From Treponemataceae bacterium (GTDB taxonomy: Bacteria > Spirochaetota > Spirochaetia > Treponematales > Rectinemataceae), in the NCBI GenBank assembly GCA_963678065.2, contig CAXXVZ010000003.1:1088001-1152000 (forward strand): 64,000 bases of DNA, written 5' to 3'. How positions within the stretch are numbered: the stretch's first letter is position 1; the number at the start of each line of letters is the position of its first letter. The translations under genes and the position numbers were made by a program. Below are positions 29,384-39,609 of the stretch, in pieces. Below the pieces are notes generated by a model. It was given only the letters and a program-made list of their open reading frames with translations. It was not told the origin of the DNA and searched no databases.

Positions 29384-32300
29384 GCTTGCCGCGGTCGCGG
29401 TCGAAGCCCGCCTCCTCCATGGCCGGAGCGAAGGGCGACAAGGCCGCTGGCCCCCCGTTGATCTTCTCGAGCGTGATCCTTCCCCCCGCGGTCCGCCCCG
29501 CCCCGCCTGAGGCCCTGAGCCTCTCCCGGAACGAAACAATTCCGGCGAGGATGACGGAGAGGGACTGATCACGTGAGTCGGGTATGATGTCCAATTCCTT
29601 TCCCGAACGGGACAGGACGGCGACAATCTTTCCCGACATCGCGCAGATGCGGTTGGCGGCCGATCTCGCCGGCATGAGAGCCGGTCTGTCATCAAAGGGG
29701 AATCCCGCCGGGCTCGCCGGGTCCAGGGCGGAAATCCAGAAGGGTCCGGCCGGGCTGGCCGTCTCCAGGTTCATGAACAGCTCGAGGGCGGCGGGCGTCA
29801 TGAACTGCGGCCCCTCCACTCCCTCGAAGAAGCGGCCATAGAGGAGTTCCCCTGCGAGTTCCATTCTCCGGATGGCAGGGAAGAGCCTCTTCCAGGTGAC
29901 GCCGGGCATCTCTCGCTCGAGAAGGGAGCGGCTGAGGATGCCGTAGCGCGAGGCGAGGATGCGCACGAGGTCGCGGTCTGCCTCCTCGAGATCGAGAATA
30001 TCCTGGGCCCGCGGGCCTCCATCCTCCCCGTCGAGGAGGCTGAACCAGCGGCCGGAGAGGGGCAATCCAGGTATCCGTCCGCGCCTCATGGACGCGGTCG
30101 CGCGCATGGCCGCGGGTATGCGCCGGGACGCGGCACCCCGGAGGGCGGGGATTCCGGCGAGGGATCCGTTCGAGGCGGAGTCTTTTGCGGCTATTCCGCC
30201 TCCTCCCGTTTCGGGCAGATCGAGCCCGAACCTCGTCCTCAGTCCCTCTCGCAGAGCCTCGAATCCCTCGGAGGAGAGTCTGCCCTCCCACACATCGTTC
30301 CAGATGGCGCGAACCGTCGCGCGGATATCCAGGCCCGAGCGGTCGTGGATGGTCCAGAAGTCGAGGATTTCGCCCTTCGCGCCGAAGGCGGAGAGAGCGG
30401 AACCGCCACCACCGGCGGTCACAGCCTCAAAGCCAAGCTGGTCCAGGCCAGCGATGCCGTCGATCTCCCCCTCGAAGTCGGAAAAGAGTCCGTAGTCCCA
30501 GACCGGACAAAACGCGATGATGCCCTTCCCCGCCCCGAACCAGAGCCGTGTACCCTCCGAAAGGAGGGCATCGAGCCGCGAAGGGGGAAAGTCGCCGGCC
30601 CGCGCGGGAAGGATTTCCGTCTCCCAGAGCCAGGCCGGGGCGGGATACCCGGAGAGCCTGTCGAGAATCGAGGCGAAGTCCGGGGCCCTCCCCCGATCGG
30701 GCCCTGCCCCGATTCCCTGAACCGCCGAAACGAGGCGAAAAAAATCTTCGGGCGGGCGGGCGTTCACGACGGGACGGGACTTCTTTCTTCCGAGGCGGAG
30801 AAGGATTTCAAGGTTGTCGACTTCGATGAGAAGGGACTCCGCCTCCCCTTTGAGAATCCTGTCGTAGACGGCGATGCCTTCCTCGACGAGGGAAGCCGTG
30901 AGCGCCATCACATCCGGAAGCGAAAGACCGAAGACCTCTCCGATCCGGGCAGGGCTCACCGCCCCTTCCCTCCGGAGCCATTCGGCCACGAAGTCGGCGG
31001 GGGCGGCGCTCAGGGCTTCGAGCCGGGAGACATGCACCCGAACAGGGACACAGGCTCCCGGAAGCCTCAGGTTCGCGAGCCTTCCGCCCAGTTCCGGGTC
31101 CTTCGCCAACTCCTTTGCAATCTCCTGCGGGAGGGCGGAGGCCAGGGCATCCATCTCGTCCTCGGGCACGAGAACCCTCTCCTCTATCCATGCGGCCAGG
31201 TCGGGGATGGAATCGGGAGCCCATCCGGGAAGCAGCCGTTTGCGTCTCGCGACGAAATCCGCGACGAGGGCCGGATCGACCTGGGGTCTGAGCCGCGAGG
31301 ACTCGAGAGCTTCGGCGATCACGCGGTCGGAGAGCGAGGAAGCGATTCCGCCAAGATCGTCGCCCTTGTAGAGCAGGTTTCCCGTCGTCCTGTAGATCGC
31401 GGAACCGGCGAAGGGGGATGGGGCGAAGCCTCTGAATGTGCCGACGAGTATCCGCCCCCGCGCTATCCCCTCGAGCCAGGCCGAGAACCCTTCCATGTCG
31501 AAGAACTCCGCGAAACAGCTGCGCCAGGTCTCCGCGGTGACCGGAAAATCGGAGAAGCCCCTGACCGCTTCGTAGAGCCTGCGGGCGCGCAGCCGCGTGA
31601 CCCACAGGGGTGTGCGCTTGCCCGGCATTCCCTTGGGCAGAAGGAGCGACCTGCCCGCGTTTTCCCTGAACTGGGCCGCGAAGAGCCCGGAGCCTTCGAG
31701 CCGGGAGCGCAAGAGCCGGTCGATCTCCGTCAGGTCGCCCGGGACCTGGCTCGCCCTGGCCGACGCGGCCAGGCCGCGCAGGATGGCTTCGAGAGCCCGG
31801 GCGCAGGCTTCGGCCCCGTCATCCCCGAAGCCCGCGGGCAGATCGCCGTAGGCCGCGGAGGGGAAGAACAGCGCCACACCCTCGTCGTCAGCCACTGTTT
31901 CCGGAGTCAACCCGCCCGAATCCTCCCAGGCCGCGGAGAGGACCATGGCCAGGGCCTGGTTTATCCTTCCGCCTCTGAGAGTGTGGAGCACGAGGGTGGC
32001 CGTCGCGTCTCTGCGCGACTCGTCGGCGCAGATCTCGATGGCCGCGGATTCCCGCCCGGGAAGGGGAACATCGCCCTGGACAGCCTCCTGCGCGGCGAGA
32101 AAACGGGAAGCCTCCCGCGCCGCTTCCGCCGAGAAGCCGTAGCCGGAGACGAGCGTGGCCTCCCGAGCCGCTCCACCGAGGGCAGAAAGCCTGTCGACGA
32201 TGCCGATGAGCCGGTCGGTGAGGCCCTGGCTTTTTCGGGGAGCGCCCCCCCTCCAGAAGGGCATGAAGTCCGCCTCCCTGCCCAGAGGCACGACCTCGAC

Positions 32301-34082
32301 CGATTCGGGCCCTATGCCGACGATCCGCCAGGACTGAGTGCCGAAGGTGAAGCTGTCTCCGGCCTTCCGTTCCCAGACGAATTCCTCGTCGAGCTCCCCG
32401 ATCTTCGTTCCCGAGCCCTTGAGCCGCATGCCGTACAGGCCCCTGTCGGGGATAGTCCCGCCCGAGGCGTAGAGGAGCATCCGCATGCCGTCGCGCGCGT
32501 GGAGCTTTCCGTCGGCCACGTCGAGGTGAACCCGCGGTTCCAGTTCCCGGATCCGCGAGTCCGTGTAGCGCCCTCTGAGCAGTTCGAGGACGGAGTCGAA
32601 AGCTTCCCTTCCCAGTTCCGTGAAGGGTGAAAAGCTCCGCACGATACCGTAAAGGACATCCGGGCTCCGCGCTTCCTCCACGACGAGGGCGAGGAGGACT
32701 TGGGCGAGCACGTCGAGGGGATTGAGCGGCGGAACGGTCTCCTCCACATCGCCTGCTTTCACGCCCTCCACCGCGGCGGCGGCCCAGAGAAGGTCGAGGC
32801 CGTGGAAGGGGTAGAGCCTCGCCCGCGAGGTTTCGCCGACGGCGTGGCCCGAACGCCCAGCCCGCTGCAGGGCGACGGAGACTCCCGGGGGAGCCCCGGC
32901 CAGGATGACCTCGTCGATGCTCCCCACATCGATGCCGAGCTCGAGGGAGGCCGTCGCGACGACACAGCGGAGGGCCCCCGACTTGAGGCGCGACTCGACC
33001 ATGCGCCTGACCTCGCGCGAGAGCGAGCCATGGTGGGCGTAGGCTGTTCCCTCCCCGCCCGATTCGTTGAGGAGAAAGGCGAGGCGCTCCGCCTGCCTGC
33101 GCGAGTCGCAGAAGACGAGGGTGCTCCGGTTCCGGCTTATCCGATCCAGGATGGCGGGGACGATGGCGGCGTAGCGGGTCGCGTCGGGGGAGGAAAAATC
33201 GGAGTCGGGGCCGACGGGGTCCCGGAGGGAAGTCCGGAGGGGATCCTGGGAGGAATTCCGGGGGGAAGGCCGGTATGGAGCTCCTAGGGCGGCTGGCGCC
33301 GGCCACTCGACCGCGAACTCGATGCGCTTGTCCATGGCGGGGGTGATCGTCGCCACCTGTCGCGGGACATATCGCGGCTCCAGGCCCGGCCCGATCTCCA
33401 TCCTGTAACCGCCGACAAAGCGGGCCACGAGGTCGACCGGTCTGACCGTGGCGGAGAGCGCAATCCTCTGGAACTCGCCTGCAAGGAGGGCGAGCCTTCC
33501 GATGGAACAGGCGAGGAGGCTTCCCCGCTTCGTGCCCGCCACCGAGTGGACTTCGTCGAGAACGAGGAGCCTCACGGAGGCGAGGACGGGCCGCGCCCGC
33601 GGCGAATCGAGGAGGATGGAGAGACTTTCGGGAGTCGTGCAGAGGATCGAGGGAGGTCTCTTGAGGAACCTTCTGCGCTCGGTTTCGGGCGTGTCGCCGG
33701 AGCGGCTCGCCACGGTGATGGCGGGAAACGTGAACCCGGAGGCGCCCTCCCAGTCCCGGCGCCCGGAGGCGAAGCGCTCCAGCTCCGAAAGCGGCGCGTC
33801 GAGATTCCGCCTGATATCCTCGTTCAGGGCCTTGAGGGGCGAAATGTAGAGGACGGAGAGAGCGCCTGCGGGATAGTCCCCCGAAACGAAGCGGGAGATG
33901 GCGCCGAGGAAGGCCGCGAGGGTCTTGCCCGAGCCGGTCGGAGCGACGGCGAGCAGGTGCGCGCCCTCCTCCGCCTTCGCCCAGGTCTGCGCCTGCACGG
34001 GCGTCGGTTCCCCGTACCGGGAAAGAAACCACTCCCGCACGAGGGGATGGAAGCTGGTCGGGATGCCTGTCGTCGCGCCCAT
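29370..34082 (-). CDS. lhr: Lhr-family ATP-dependent helicase (long form)
   Basis: APTGSGKT, TTPESL, DEVH, HHGSLS, SLELGIDVG, GTIPDRG, GELDEEF. Confidence 0.9.
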   Translation of the reverse strand: MGATTGIPTSFHPLVREWFLSRYGEPTPVQAQTWAKAEEGAHLLAVAPTGSGKTLAAFLGAISRFVSGDYPAGALSVLYISPLKALNEDIRRNLDAPLSELERFASGRRDWEGASGFTFPAITVASRSGDTPETERRRFLKRPPSILCTTPESLSILLDSPRARPVLASVRLLVLDEVHSVAGTKRGSLLACSIGRLALLAGEFQRIALSATVRPVDLVARFVGGYRMEIGPGLEPRYVPRQVATITPAMDKRIEFAVEWPAPAALGAPYRPSPRNSSQDPLRTSLRDPVGPDSDFSSPDATRYAAIVPAILDRISRNRSTLVFCDSRRQAERLAFLLNESGGEGTAYAHHGSLSREVRRMVESRLKSGALRCVVATASLELGIDVGSIDEVILAGAPPGVSVALQRAGRSGHAVGETSRARLYPFHGLDLLWAAAAVEGVKAGDVEETVPPLNPLDVLAQVLLALVVEEARSPDVLYGIVRSFSPFTELGREAFDSVLELLRGRYTDSRIRELEPRVHLDVADGKLHARDGMRMLLYASGGTIPDRGLYGMRLKGSGTKIGELDEEFVWERKAGDSFTFGTQSWRIVGIGPESVEVVPLGREADFMPFWRGGAPRKSQGLTDRLIGIVDRLSALGGAAREATLVSGYGFSAEAAREASRFLAAQEAVQGDVPLPGRESAAIEICADESRRDATATLVLHTLRGGRINQALAMVLSAAWEDSGGLTPETVADDEGVALFFPSAAYGDLPAGFGDDGAEACARALEAILRGLAASARASQVPGDLTEIDRLLRSRLEGSGLFAAQFRENAGRSLLLPKGMPGKRTPLWVTRLRARRLYEAVRGFSDFPVTAETWRSCFAEFFDMEGFSAWLEGIARGRILVGTFRGFAPSPFAGSAIYRTTGNLLYKGDDLGGIASSLSDRVIAEALESSRLRPQVDPALVADFVARRKRLLPGWAPDSIPDLAAWIEERVLVPEDEMDALASALPQEIAKELAKDPELGGRLANLRLPGACVPVRVHVSRLEALSAAPADFVAEWLRREGAVSPARIGEVFGLSLPDVMALTASLVEEGIAVYDRILKGEAESLLIEVDNLEILLRLGRKKSRPVVNARPPEDFFRLVSAVQGIGAGPDRGRAPDFASILDRLSGYPAPAWLWETEILPARAGDFPPSRLDALLSEGTRLWFGAGKGIIAFCPVWDYGLFSDFEGEIDGIAGLDQLGFEAVTAGGGGSALSAFGAKGEILDFWTIHDRSGLDIRATVRAIWNDVWEGRLSSEGFEALREGLRTRFGLDLPETGGGGIAAKDSASNGSLAGIPALRGAASRRIPAAMRATASMRRGRIPGLPLSGRWFSLLDGEDGGPRAQDILDLEEADRDLVRILASRYGILSRSLLEREMPGVTWKRLFPAIRRMELAGELLYGRFFEGVEGPQFMTPAALELFMNLETASPAGPFWISALDPASPAGFPFDDRPALMPARSAANRICAMSGKIVAVLSRSGKELDIIPDSRDQSLSVILAGIVSFRERLRASGGAGRTAGGRITLEKINGGPAALSPFAPAMEEAGFDRDRGKLILW

Positions 34083-34366
34083 GCCGACATCCTAGCCCGA
34101 ACGCGAAGCTCCGTCGAGACTAAAATCCGGCCTCAGTCGCAAACTGCCGCCTGAGCCCTCGCGAGTGGCTTCGGGGCAGCGCCGGCTCTCCGGCGTGAAG
34201 GTGTCACCCGTACGCAAAACCCGCAAAAAAATGCAAAAAATCCGCATATCGCAACATTTCGTCGTTGACCGCTGTTACTGGCCATAGATACAATTCCCGA
34301 AACCTTCCGGTTCCGCGCGGCGCTCCGGCCGCCTCCGGTCGGCTTTACCCCAAAAAGAGAGGAATC

Positions 34367-35824
34367 ATGGAACAGTCACCCGTCATCAAGTTCTTTTCCG
34401 GAGAGAACATCCCCGTCGAACAGCACAAGGTTCGCGTCGTCCAGAAACTCCACCTCGTCCCGATAGAGGAGCGCCTTTCCGCGATAGAGGCGGGCGGATA
34501 CAACACCTTCTCCCTGTCCACAAGGCATGTCTTCCTCGACATGCTGACCGATTCGGGCACGAACGCCATGAGCGATCGCCAGGTCGCCTCGATGCTGATG
34601 GCCGACGACGCCTACGCGGGCTCGCAGAGCTTCGAGCGCATGCGCGACGCGGTCGAGGATGTCTTCGGCACGAAGTACACGGCCCCCGTCCACCAGGGCC
34701 GCGCGGCCGAACACGTCGTCTTCCAGGCCTTCGTGAAACCCGGCGACATCGTCCCCATGAACTACCACTTCACCACGACCAAGGCCCACATAGAACTGCC
34801 CGGCGGCAGCGTCGTCGAGATATTCACCGACGAGGCCCTCAAGATAAAGAGCGAGTACCCCTTCAAGGGCAACATCGACACAAACAAGCTCCGCGATCTC
34901 ATCGCGAAGCACGGTGCCGCGAAAATCCCCTTCGTGCGCATGGAAGCCTCGACGAACCTCATAGGCGGCCAGCCCTTCTCCCTCGCGAATCTGGCCGAAG
35001 TGCGGAAAATCTGCGACGAGAACGGGATCATGCTCGTCCTCGACGCGAGCCTCATCGGCGAGAACGCCTACTTCATCAAGCAGCGCGAGGCAGCCTGTCG
35101 GACGACCTCCATCGCCGAGATCCTGAAGCTCATGTGCGGAATGGCAGACCTCGTCTACTTCTCGAGCCGCAAGGTCTCCTCCTCGCGCGGCGGCGCCATC
35201 ACCACGAACCGCAAGGACCTCTTCGACAAGGTGAAGGACCTCGTCATCCTCTTCGAGGGCTTCCTCACCTACGGCGGCATGTCGGTGCGCGAGATCGAGG
35301 CCATGGCCGTGGGCCTCCGCGAGACTCAGGATGAGACCGTCGTCTCGCAGTCGCCCTCCTTCATCAAGTACCTCGTCGACAAGCTCGACGCGGCAGGCGT
35401 GCCCGTCATCATGCCGGCCGGCGCCCTCGGCTGCCACGTCGACGCGCGCGGCTTTTTGCCCCACATTCCCCAGACCGAGTACCCGGCGGGCGCCCTCGCC
35501 TCAGCCTTCTACCTCGTTTCGGGCGTGCGCGGCATGGAGCGCGGCACCATCTCCTCCGTGCGCGACAAAGACGGAAATGACGTCCTCGCCGACATGGAGC
35601 TGTTGCGCCTCGCCGTTCCGAGGCGCGTCTTCACCCTCTCCCAGATCGACTACGTGATCGACCGCCTGGTCTGGCTCTACGCCAACCGCGAGCTCGTCGG
35701 CGGACTCAAGTTCTCCGAGGAGCCGAGCGTCCTCCGCTTCTTCCTCGGAAAACTCGTCCCGACCTCGCCCTGGCCGCAGAAACTCCTCGCCGCCTTCCGC
35801 AAGGACTTCGGCGACAGCCTGTAA
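34367..35824 (+). CDS. Beta-eliminating PLP lyase of the tryptophanase / tyrosine phenol-lyase family (TPL-like residues)
   Basis: DMLTDSGT, DDAYAGS, HQGRAAE, FTTT, MERG, RLAVPRR, LRFF. Confidence 0.85.
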   Translation: MEQSPVIKFFSGENIPVEQHKVRVVQKLHLVPIEERLSAIEAGGYNTFSLSTRHVFLDMLTDSGTNAMSDRQVASMLMADDAYAGSQSFERMRDAVEDVFGTKYTAPVHQGRAAEHVVFQAFVKPGDIVPMNYHFTTTKAHIELPGGSVVEIFTDEALKIKSEYPFKGNIDTNKLRDLIAKHGAAKIPFVRMEASTNLIGGQPFSLANLAEVRKICDENGIMLVLDASLIGENAYFIKQREAACRTTSIAEILKLMCGMADLVYFSSRKVSSSRGGAITTNRKDLFDKVKDLVILFEGFLTYGGMSVREIEAMAVGLRETQDETVVSQSPSFIKYLVDKLDAAGVPVIMPAGALGCHVDARGFLPHIPQTEYPAGALASAFYLVSGVRGMERGTISSVRDKDGNDVLADMELLRLAVPRRVFTLSQIDYVIDRLVWLYANRELVGGLKFSEEPSVLRFFLGKLVPTSPWPQKLLAAFRKDFGDSL

Positions 35825-35831
35825 ACGCTCC

Positions 35832-35867
35832 GCGCCTGAGGACGCAAGGCACAAGGCCCTCAGGCGC
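35832..35867. terminator. Hairpin between the convergent lyase and queF genes
   Basis: GCGCCTGAGG / CCTCAGGCGC inverted repeat; no clear T-run. Confidence 0.45.
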
Positions 35868-35868
35868 A

Positions 35869-36273
35869 TCAGGACAAGGCCGGCCCTCCGTCGTCGGGGA
35901 TGCGCGATTCCGCCGTGATGGCGATCCCTCCCCGCGACTTCTGGGCTATGGTCACCTTGACCCAGCGCGGCTTGCAGGCATCGAAAACATCCTTGGCTAT
36001 CCTGGCGGAGAGACTCTCGCAGAAGGAGCCTTCCTCCCTGAACGACCAGAGGTAGAGCTTGAGGCTCTTGCTTTCGATGCACAGCTTGCCGGGCTCGAAT
36101 TCTATCCGGACCGTCTCCCAGTCGGGCTGGCCGGTCACGGGGCAGAGGCTCGTGACTTCGTCGCAATCCAGGATCACTCTCTTCACATGCTCCGCCGCCG
36201 GGAAGGTCTCGAGTCTGCGGACCGGTTGGGAAATTTTCTTGCCGAGGAATTCGAAATTGTACTCTGTCATCAT
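35869..36273 (-). CDS. queF: NADPH-dependent preQ0 reductase (unimodular QueF)
   Basis: SLCPVTGQPD, ESKSLKLYLWSF, SRGGI. Confidence 0.9.
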   Translation of the reverse strand: MMTEYNFEFLGKKISQPVRRLETFPAAEHVKRVILDCDEVTSLCPVTGQPDWETVRIEFEPGKLCIESKSLKLYLWSFREEGSFCESLSARIAKDVFDACKPRWVKVTIAQKSRGGIAITAESRIPDDGGPALS

Positions 36274-36959
36274 TGTGCTCCGATCCTGAAGGGATTGTAG
36301 GCCACACCGTTGTCGAAGACGTCGATGCCTTCGATGCGCTTGATGAAACCCACGACTTTGTACGTGACAGGCGTAAGGACGATTTCGTAGGAAACCTTGA
36401 ACAGATACTGGGCCGCCATCATCTGCAGAAGAACCGGGAAGGGCACATTCCCGAAAAAGCTCAGGCCGATGAAAAGAATGGTGTCGAGCCCCTGCCCGAC
36501 TATCGTCGAACCGATGGTGCGGACCCAGAGGTATCTGCCCTTCGTACGCTTTTTCAGGACCGAAAGCACCATGGAGTTGGAGAACTCTCCCGCCCAGTAG
36601 GCGACGAGAGAGGCCAGGACAATTCTCGGCGTCTGGCCGAGGACTGTCGCATACGCCGCCTGAGCCCCGAAAAACGCCGGATACGGAAGGGCGATGGCTA
36701 TCAGGAATATCGCCGACATGAAGACATTGGCCGCAAAGCCCATCCAGATCACAAAGCGCATCTTCCCGTATCCGTACACCTCGGTGAATACATCCCCGAG
36801 AATATACGTGACCGGAAAGAGAATGACCGCCGAGGGAAGAACCACGCCGAAGACGGTCATGAGCTTGCCCGCAATGATGTTCGAGATGACGAGACAGACC
36901 AGAAACAATGAAGACAGCGCGAGAAACACGAAAGAATACGAGCCGGTTTCCTTTTTCAT
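36270..36959 (-). CDS. yhhQ: Queuosine precursor transporter (YhhQ/Vut_1)
   Basis: ISNIIAGK, FPVTYILGDVFTEVYG, RIVLASLVAY, STIVGQGLDT; an in-frame TTG at 36965 is an alternative start. Confidence 0.9.
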   Translation of the reverse strand: MKKETGSYSFVFLALSSLFLVCLVISNIIAGKLMTVFGVVLPSAVILFPVTYILGDVFTEVYGYGKMRFVIWMGFAANVFMSAIFLIAIALPYPAFFGAQAAYATVLGQTPRIVLASLVAYWAGEFSNSMVLSVLKKRTKGRYLWVRTIGSTIVGQGLDTILFIGLSFFGNVPFPVLLQMMAAQYLFKVSYEIVLTPVTYKVVGFIKRIEGIDVFDNGVAYNPFRIGAQ

Positions 36960-36972
36960 AGGCAAGGAAGGA

Positions 36973-37007
36973 CCTCCTGTTTTGTTGTGGCGGGAGCCGC
37001 GACCGCC
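36973..37007 (-). ncRNA. preQ1-I riboswitch (translational, SD-sequestering type)
   Basis: GGCGG-UCGCGGCUC-CCGCC-ACAACAAAACAGGAGG: 5-bp P1, UCGC...C loop and A-rich tail running into the SD, directly upstream of yhhQ-queF. Confidence 0.85.
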
Positions 37008-37081
37008 GTGAATACCGAGACTGTATAGCGAATGCGCCGGAAATGGCAACCTCTTTCCTGTTCTGCTGTTGACGTTTCGAA

Positions 37082-37097
37082 ATTTGAATGTTCAAAT
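37082..37097. promoter_or_regulatory. Palindromic operator candidate in the GH95 promoter
   Basis: ATTTGAA-tg-TTCAAAT, downstream of TTGACG (37069). Confidence 0.5.
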
Positions 37098-37133
37098 GTT
37101 TCCGGCCATCGGAGAAAGGGGGAGCGAGAACGC

Positions 37134-39566
37134 ATGAATCCGACCAAAATACAGCGCGATGCTCCCGCCCGCGCCTGGAACGAGGCCTTCCCGCTCGGGA
37201 ACGGCAGGATCGGGGTGATGGCCTACGGCGATCCCGTGGAGGCCCTCTTCGATCTCTCGGAATCGACCTTCGTCTCCGGGCTGCCGCCGCCGCGCGACAG
37301 AGTGGCGCGGGCCCCGAAAGGAGCTCCGGAGGCGTTTCTCAGGGCGAGGGCTGCGGCCCTGGCCGGCGATTTCGCGAAAACAGAGAATGAGCTCGCCGGA
37401 TTCATCGGAAAGAAGGGAGAGTACGGCACGAACCTGCCAGTCGGCCGATTCCGGGTAAAACTCGACTTCGCCGAAACCGCGGCATCAGCCGAAACCGCGG
37501 CATCAGCCGATGCCGAATCCACCTCGCGGCGCACGGATTACTCGCGCATCCTTTGCCTCGACTCGGGTCTCGCGGAGTGGGGGTGTTCCGCCGAAGGCGG
37601 AAGCCTCCGATGGAAGGCCCTGGTCTCCGTCGAGTACCAGGTTCTCGCCATCCGCGTCGAGGCTGCAAAGCCCTTCCGGATCGAACTCTCCGTCGACGAC
37701 ATCCTCGTGCCGATGTACAGTGTCGCGCGCGGCCGCGATCTCGTTTTTTCGGCCGCGGCCCTTGAGATCGTGCACTCAGGCGGCACGAGCGGAACGGCCG
37801 CCGCCGGACTGGCGCGTGTCATCCCGCTCCCGTTTTCCTCAGACGACGACGGGGAAGCGGCCGGGTGCGAATGTATGACCCGCGCCGACATCTTCCTCGC
37901 CCTTGAGACCGATTTCCCCGCCGCCTCCGGAACCCGCAGGGCAAAGTCCGCGCAGGGCCGGAGTTCCGGACTCGGGCCCGAGTCCGGCCCCGGACCCTCT
38001 GGGCGATGCGAGGCGCGCATCTGCGAGGCTGAAGCCGCGGGCTTCGATCTCATCCGAAGGCGGCACGAGGCCGGGCACAGGAAGCTCTTCGACAGGGTCT
38101 CGCTCGATCTCGGCGAGGGCGAACAGGCCAGGTCCGCCCTCCTCTTTCAGTACGGGCGCTACCTCCTCATGTCCTCCTCGCGCCCCGACTCTCCCCTGCC
38201 CGCCCAGCTCCAGGGAGTCTGGAACGACTCGGTGGCCTGCAGGATCGGCTGGACCTGCGATCTCCACCTCGACGTCAACACGCAGATGAATTACTGGCCG
38301 GCGGAGTCCACGGGGCTCGCCGAATGCTGCGAGCCTTTGTTCCGGTGGATCCGCGAACGCCTCGTGCCCGAGGGAAGAAAGACGGCGCGCTCATTCTACG
38401 GGATGCCCGGCTGGGCCGCGGAGCTCACGGCGAACGCCTTCGGGCGGGCATCTCCCTACTGGCACGTCAACATCGCTCCCTACCCGACGGGCGGAGCCTG
38501 GCTCGCGGACCAGATGCGGGAGCATTTCCTTTACTCCGGGGACACCGGCTTCCTCCGGAAAATCCTCCTGCCGGCAGCGAGGGGCGCCGCGGAGTTCTTC
38601 CTCCGCTACCTCTTCGAGCTTCCCGACGGGACCGGGCTCGCTTCGGGTCCGTCCATCTCGCCCGAGAACATGTTTGTCGACGATGGCGCGCCGAGGCGGG
38701 CCTCGCTTTCGCCGACCTGCGAGATCGCGGTGATCCGCGAGACCCTCGAGTCCTTCGTCGACGCATGCCGCATCCTCGGGCGTGCCGATCCGCTCGCATC
38801 GCGGGCCTGCGACGCCCTCGCCCGCCTCCCGCCATTCCGGGCCGGCAGCGACGGAGCTCTGGCCGAGTGGAGCCACGATCTGCCGGCCCGCGATCCGAAC
38901 CACCGCCACCAGAGCCACCTACTCGGCCTCTACCCCTTCCGCATGATCTCCCCGGAACTCGACGAAGGGCTCGCGCGGGCGGCCGCCGCCTCGATCGCGC
39001 GCAGGACCACTCCTGATGAGCTCTGGGAGGACACCGGCTGGGCGCGCTCGGCCCTGGCCCTCTACGCCGCGCGGCTCGGAGATGCCGTGGCGCTGGAACG
39101 GCACCTGGGCGTCCTCGCGGGCGACCTGAGCTTCCCGAACCTCATGATCCGCCACCCTCCCACCCGCGGGGCCCCTTCCTTCGCCGACGTCTACGAACTC
39201 GATGGCAATACCGGATTCACGGCGGCCGTGGCGGAAGGCCTCCTTCGCAGCTCACCCGGCGGAATCGAACTTCTGTCCGCCCTGCCCCCCTCCTGGCAAA
39301 GCGGGCGGGTCCGCGGACTCAGGGCATCGCATGGACTTTCGGTGGACATGGACTGGGAGTCGGGGACGCTGTTGGGGTGCCGGATACGGGCCGCCCGGCC
39401 CGCGGCCTGCGAGATCCGGTATGGCGACATCAGGAAAAAAATCCGCCTCGCCTCCGGCGGAAAGCTGGAACTGGACGGAGAACTGTGCCGCGGTTCCGGA
39501 CATTCCTGCTGTGGTGCGTTGCCAAGCCGCGGTTCCGCCCTTGACATCGTCCCGGAAGGAACCTGA
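37134..39566 (+). CDS. Glycoside hydrolase family 95 (alpha-L-fucosidase-like)
   Basis: PLGNGRIG, FQYGRYLLMSSSR, LQGVWN, HLDVNTQMNYW, SPEN, HRHQSHL, DGNTG. Confidence 0.88.
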   Translation: MNPTKIQRDAPARAWNEAFPLGNGRIGVMAYGDPVEALFDLSESTFVSGLPPPRDRVARAPKGAPEAFLRARAAALAGDFAKTENELAGFIGKKGEYGTNLPVGRFRVKLDFAETAASAETAASADAESTSRRTDYSRILCLDSGLAEWGCSAEGGSLRWKALVSVEYQVLAIRVEAAKPFRIELSVDDILVPMYSVARGRDLVFSAAALEIVHSGGTSGTAAAGLARVIPLPFSSDDDGEAAGCECMTRADIFLALETDFPAASGTRRAKSAQGRSSGLGPESGPGPSGRCEARICEAEAAGFDLIRRRHEAGHRKLFDRVSLDLGEGEQARSALLFQYGRYLLMSSSRPDSPLPAQLQGVWNDSVACRIGWTCDLHLDVNTQMNYWPAESTGLAECCEPLFRWIRERLVPEGRKTARSFYGMPGWAAELTANAFGRASPYWHVNIAPYPTGGAWLADQMREHFLYSGDTGFLRKILLPAARGAAEFFLRYLFELPDGTGLASGPSISPENMFVDDGAPRRASLSPTCEIAVIRETLESFVDACRILGRADPLASRACDALARLPPFRAGSDGALAEWSHDLPARDPNHRHQSHLLGLYPFRMISPELDEGLARAAAASIARRTTPDELWEDTGWARSALALYAARLGDAVALERHLGVLAGDLSFPNLMIRHPPTRGAPSFADVYELDGNTGFTAAVAEGLLRSSPGGIELLSALPPSWQSGRVRGLRASHGLSVDMDWESGTLLGCRIRAARPAACEIRYGDIRKKIRLASGGKLELDGELCRGSGHSCCGALPSRGSALDIVPEGT

Positions 39567-39609
39567 AACTGACCTGTCACTGACCAAAGGAATCCGGAAG
39601 GAGACAGAC

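Noticed and set aside
6607..32630. Long antisense or alternate-frame ORFs (e.g. 6607-8022, 11614-13290, 15739-17646, 21612-23123, 30345-32630)
   Set aside because: Shadow ORFs expected in high-GC coding DNA opposite or overlapping well-supported genes.
34140..34200. GC-rich hairpins between lhr and the PLP lyase as a riboswitch or attenuator
   Set aside because: They lie upstream of the candidate lyase promoter (TTGACC at 34265) and match no RNA family I recognise.
37470..37510. 18-bp tandem duplication (AETAAS x2) inside GH95
   Set aside because: In-frame duplication in a probable loop; no evidence of function.
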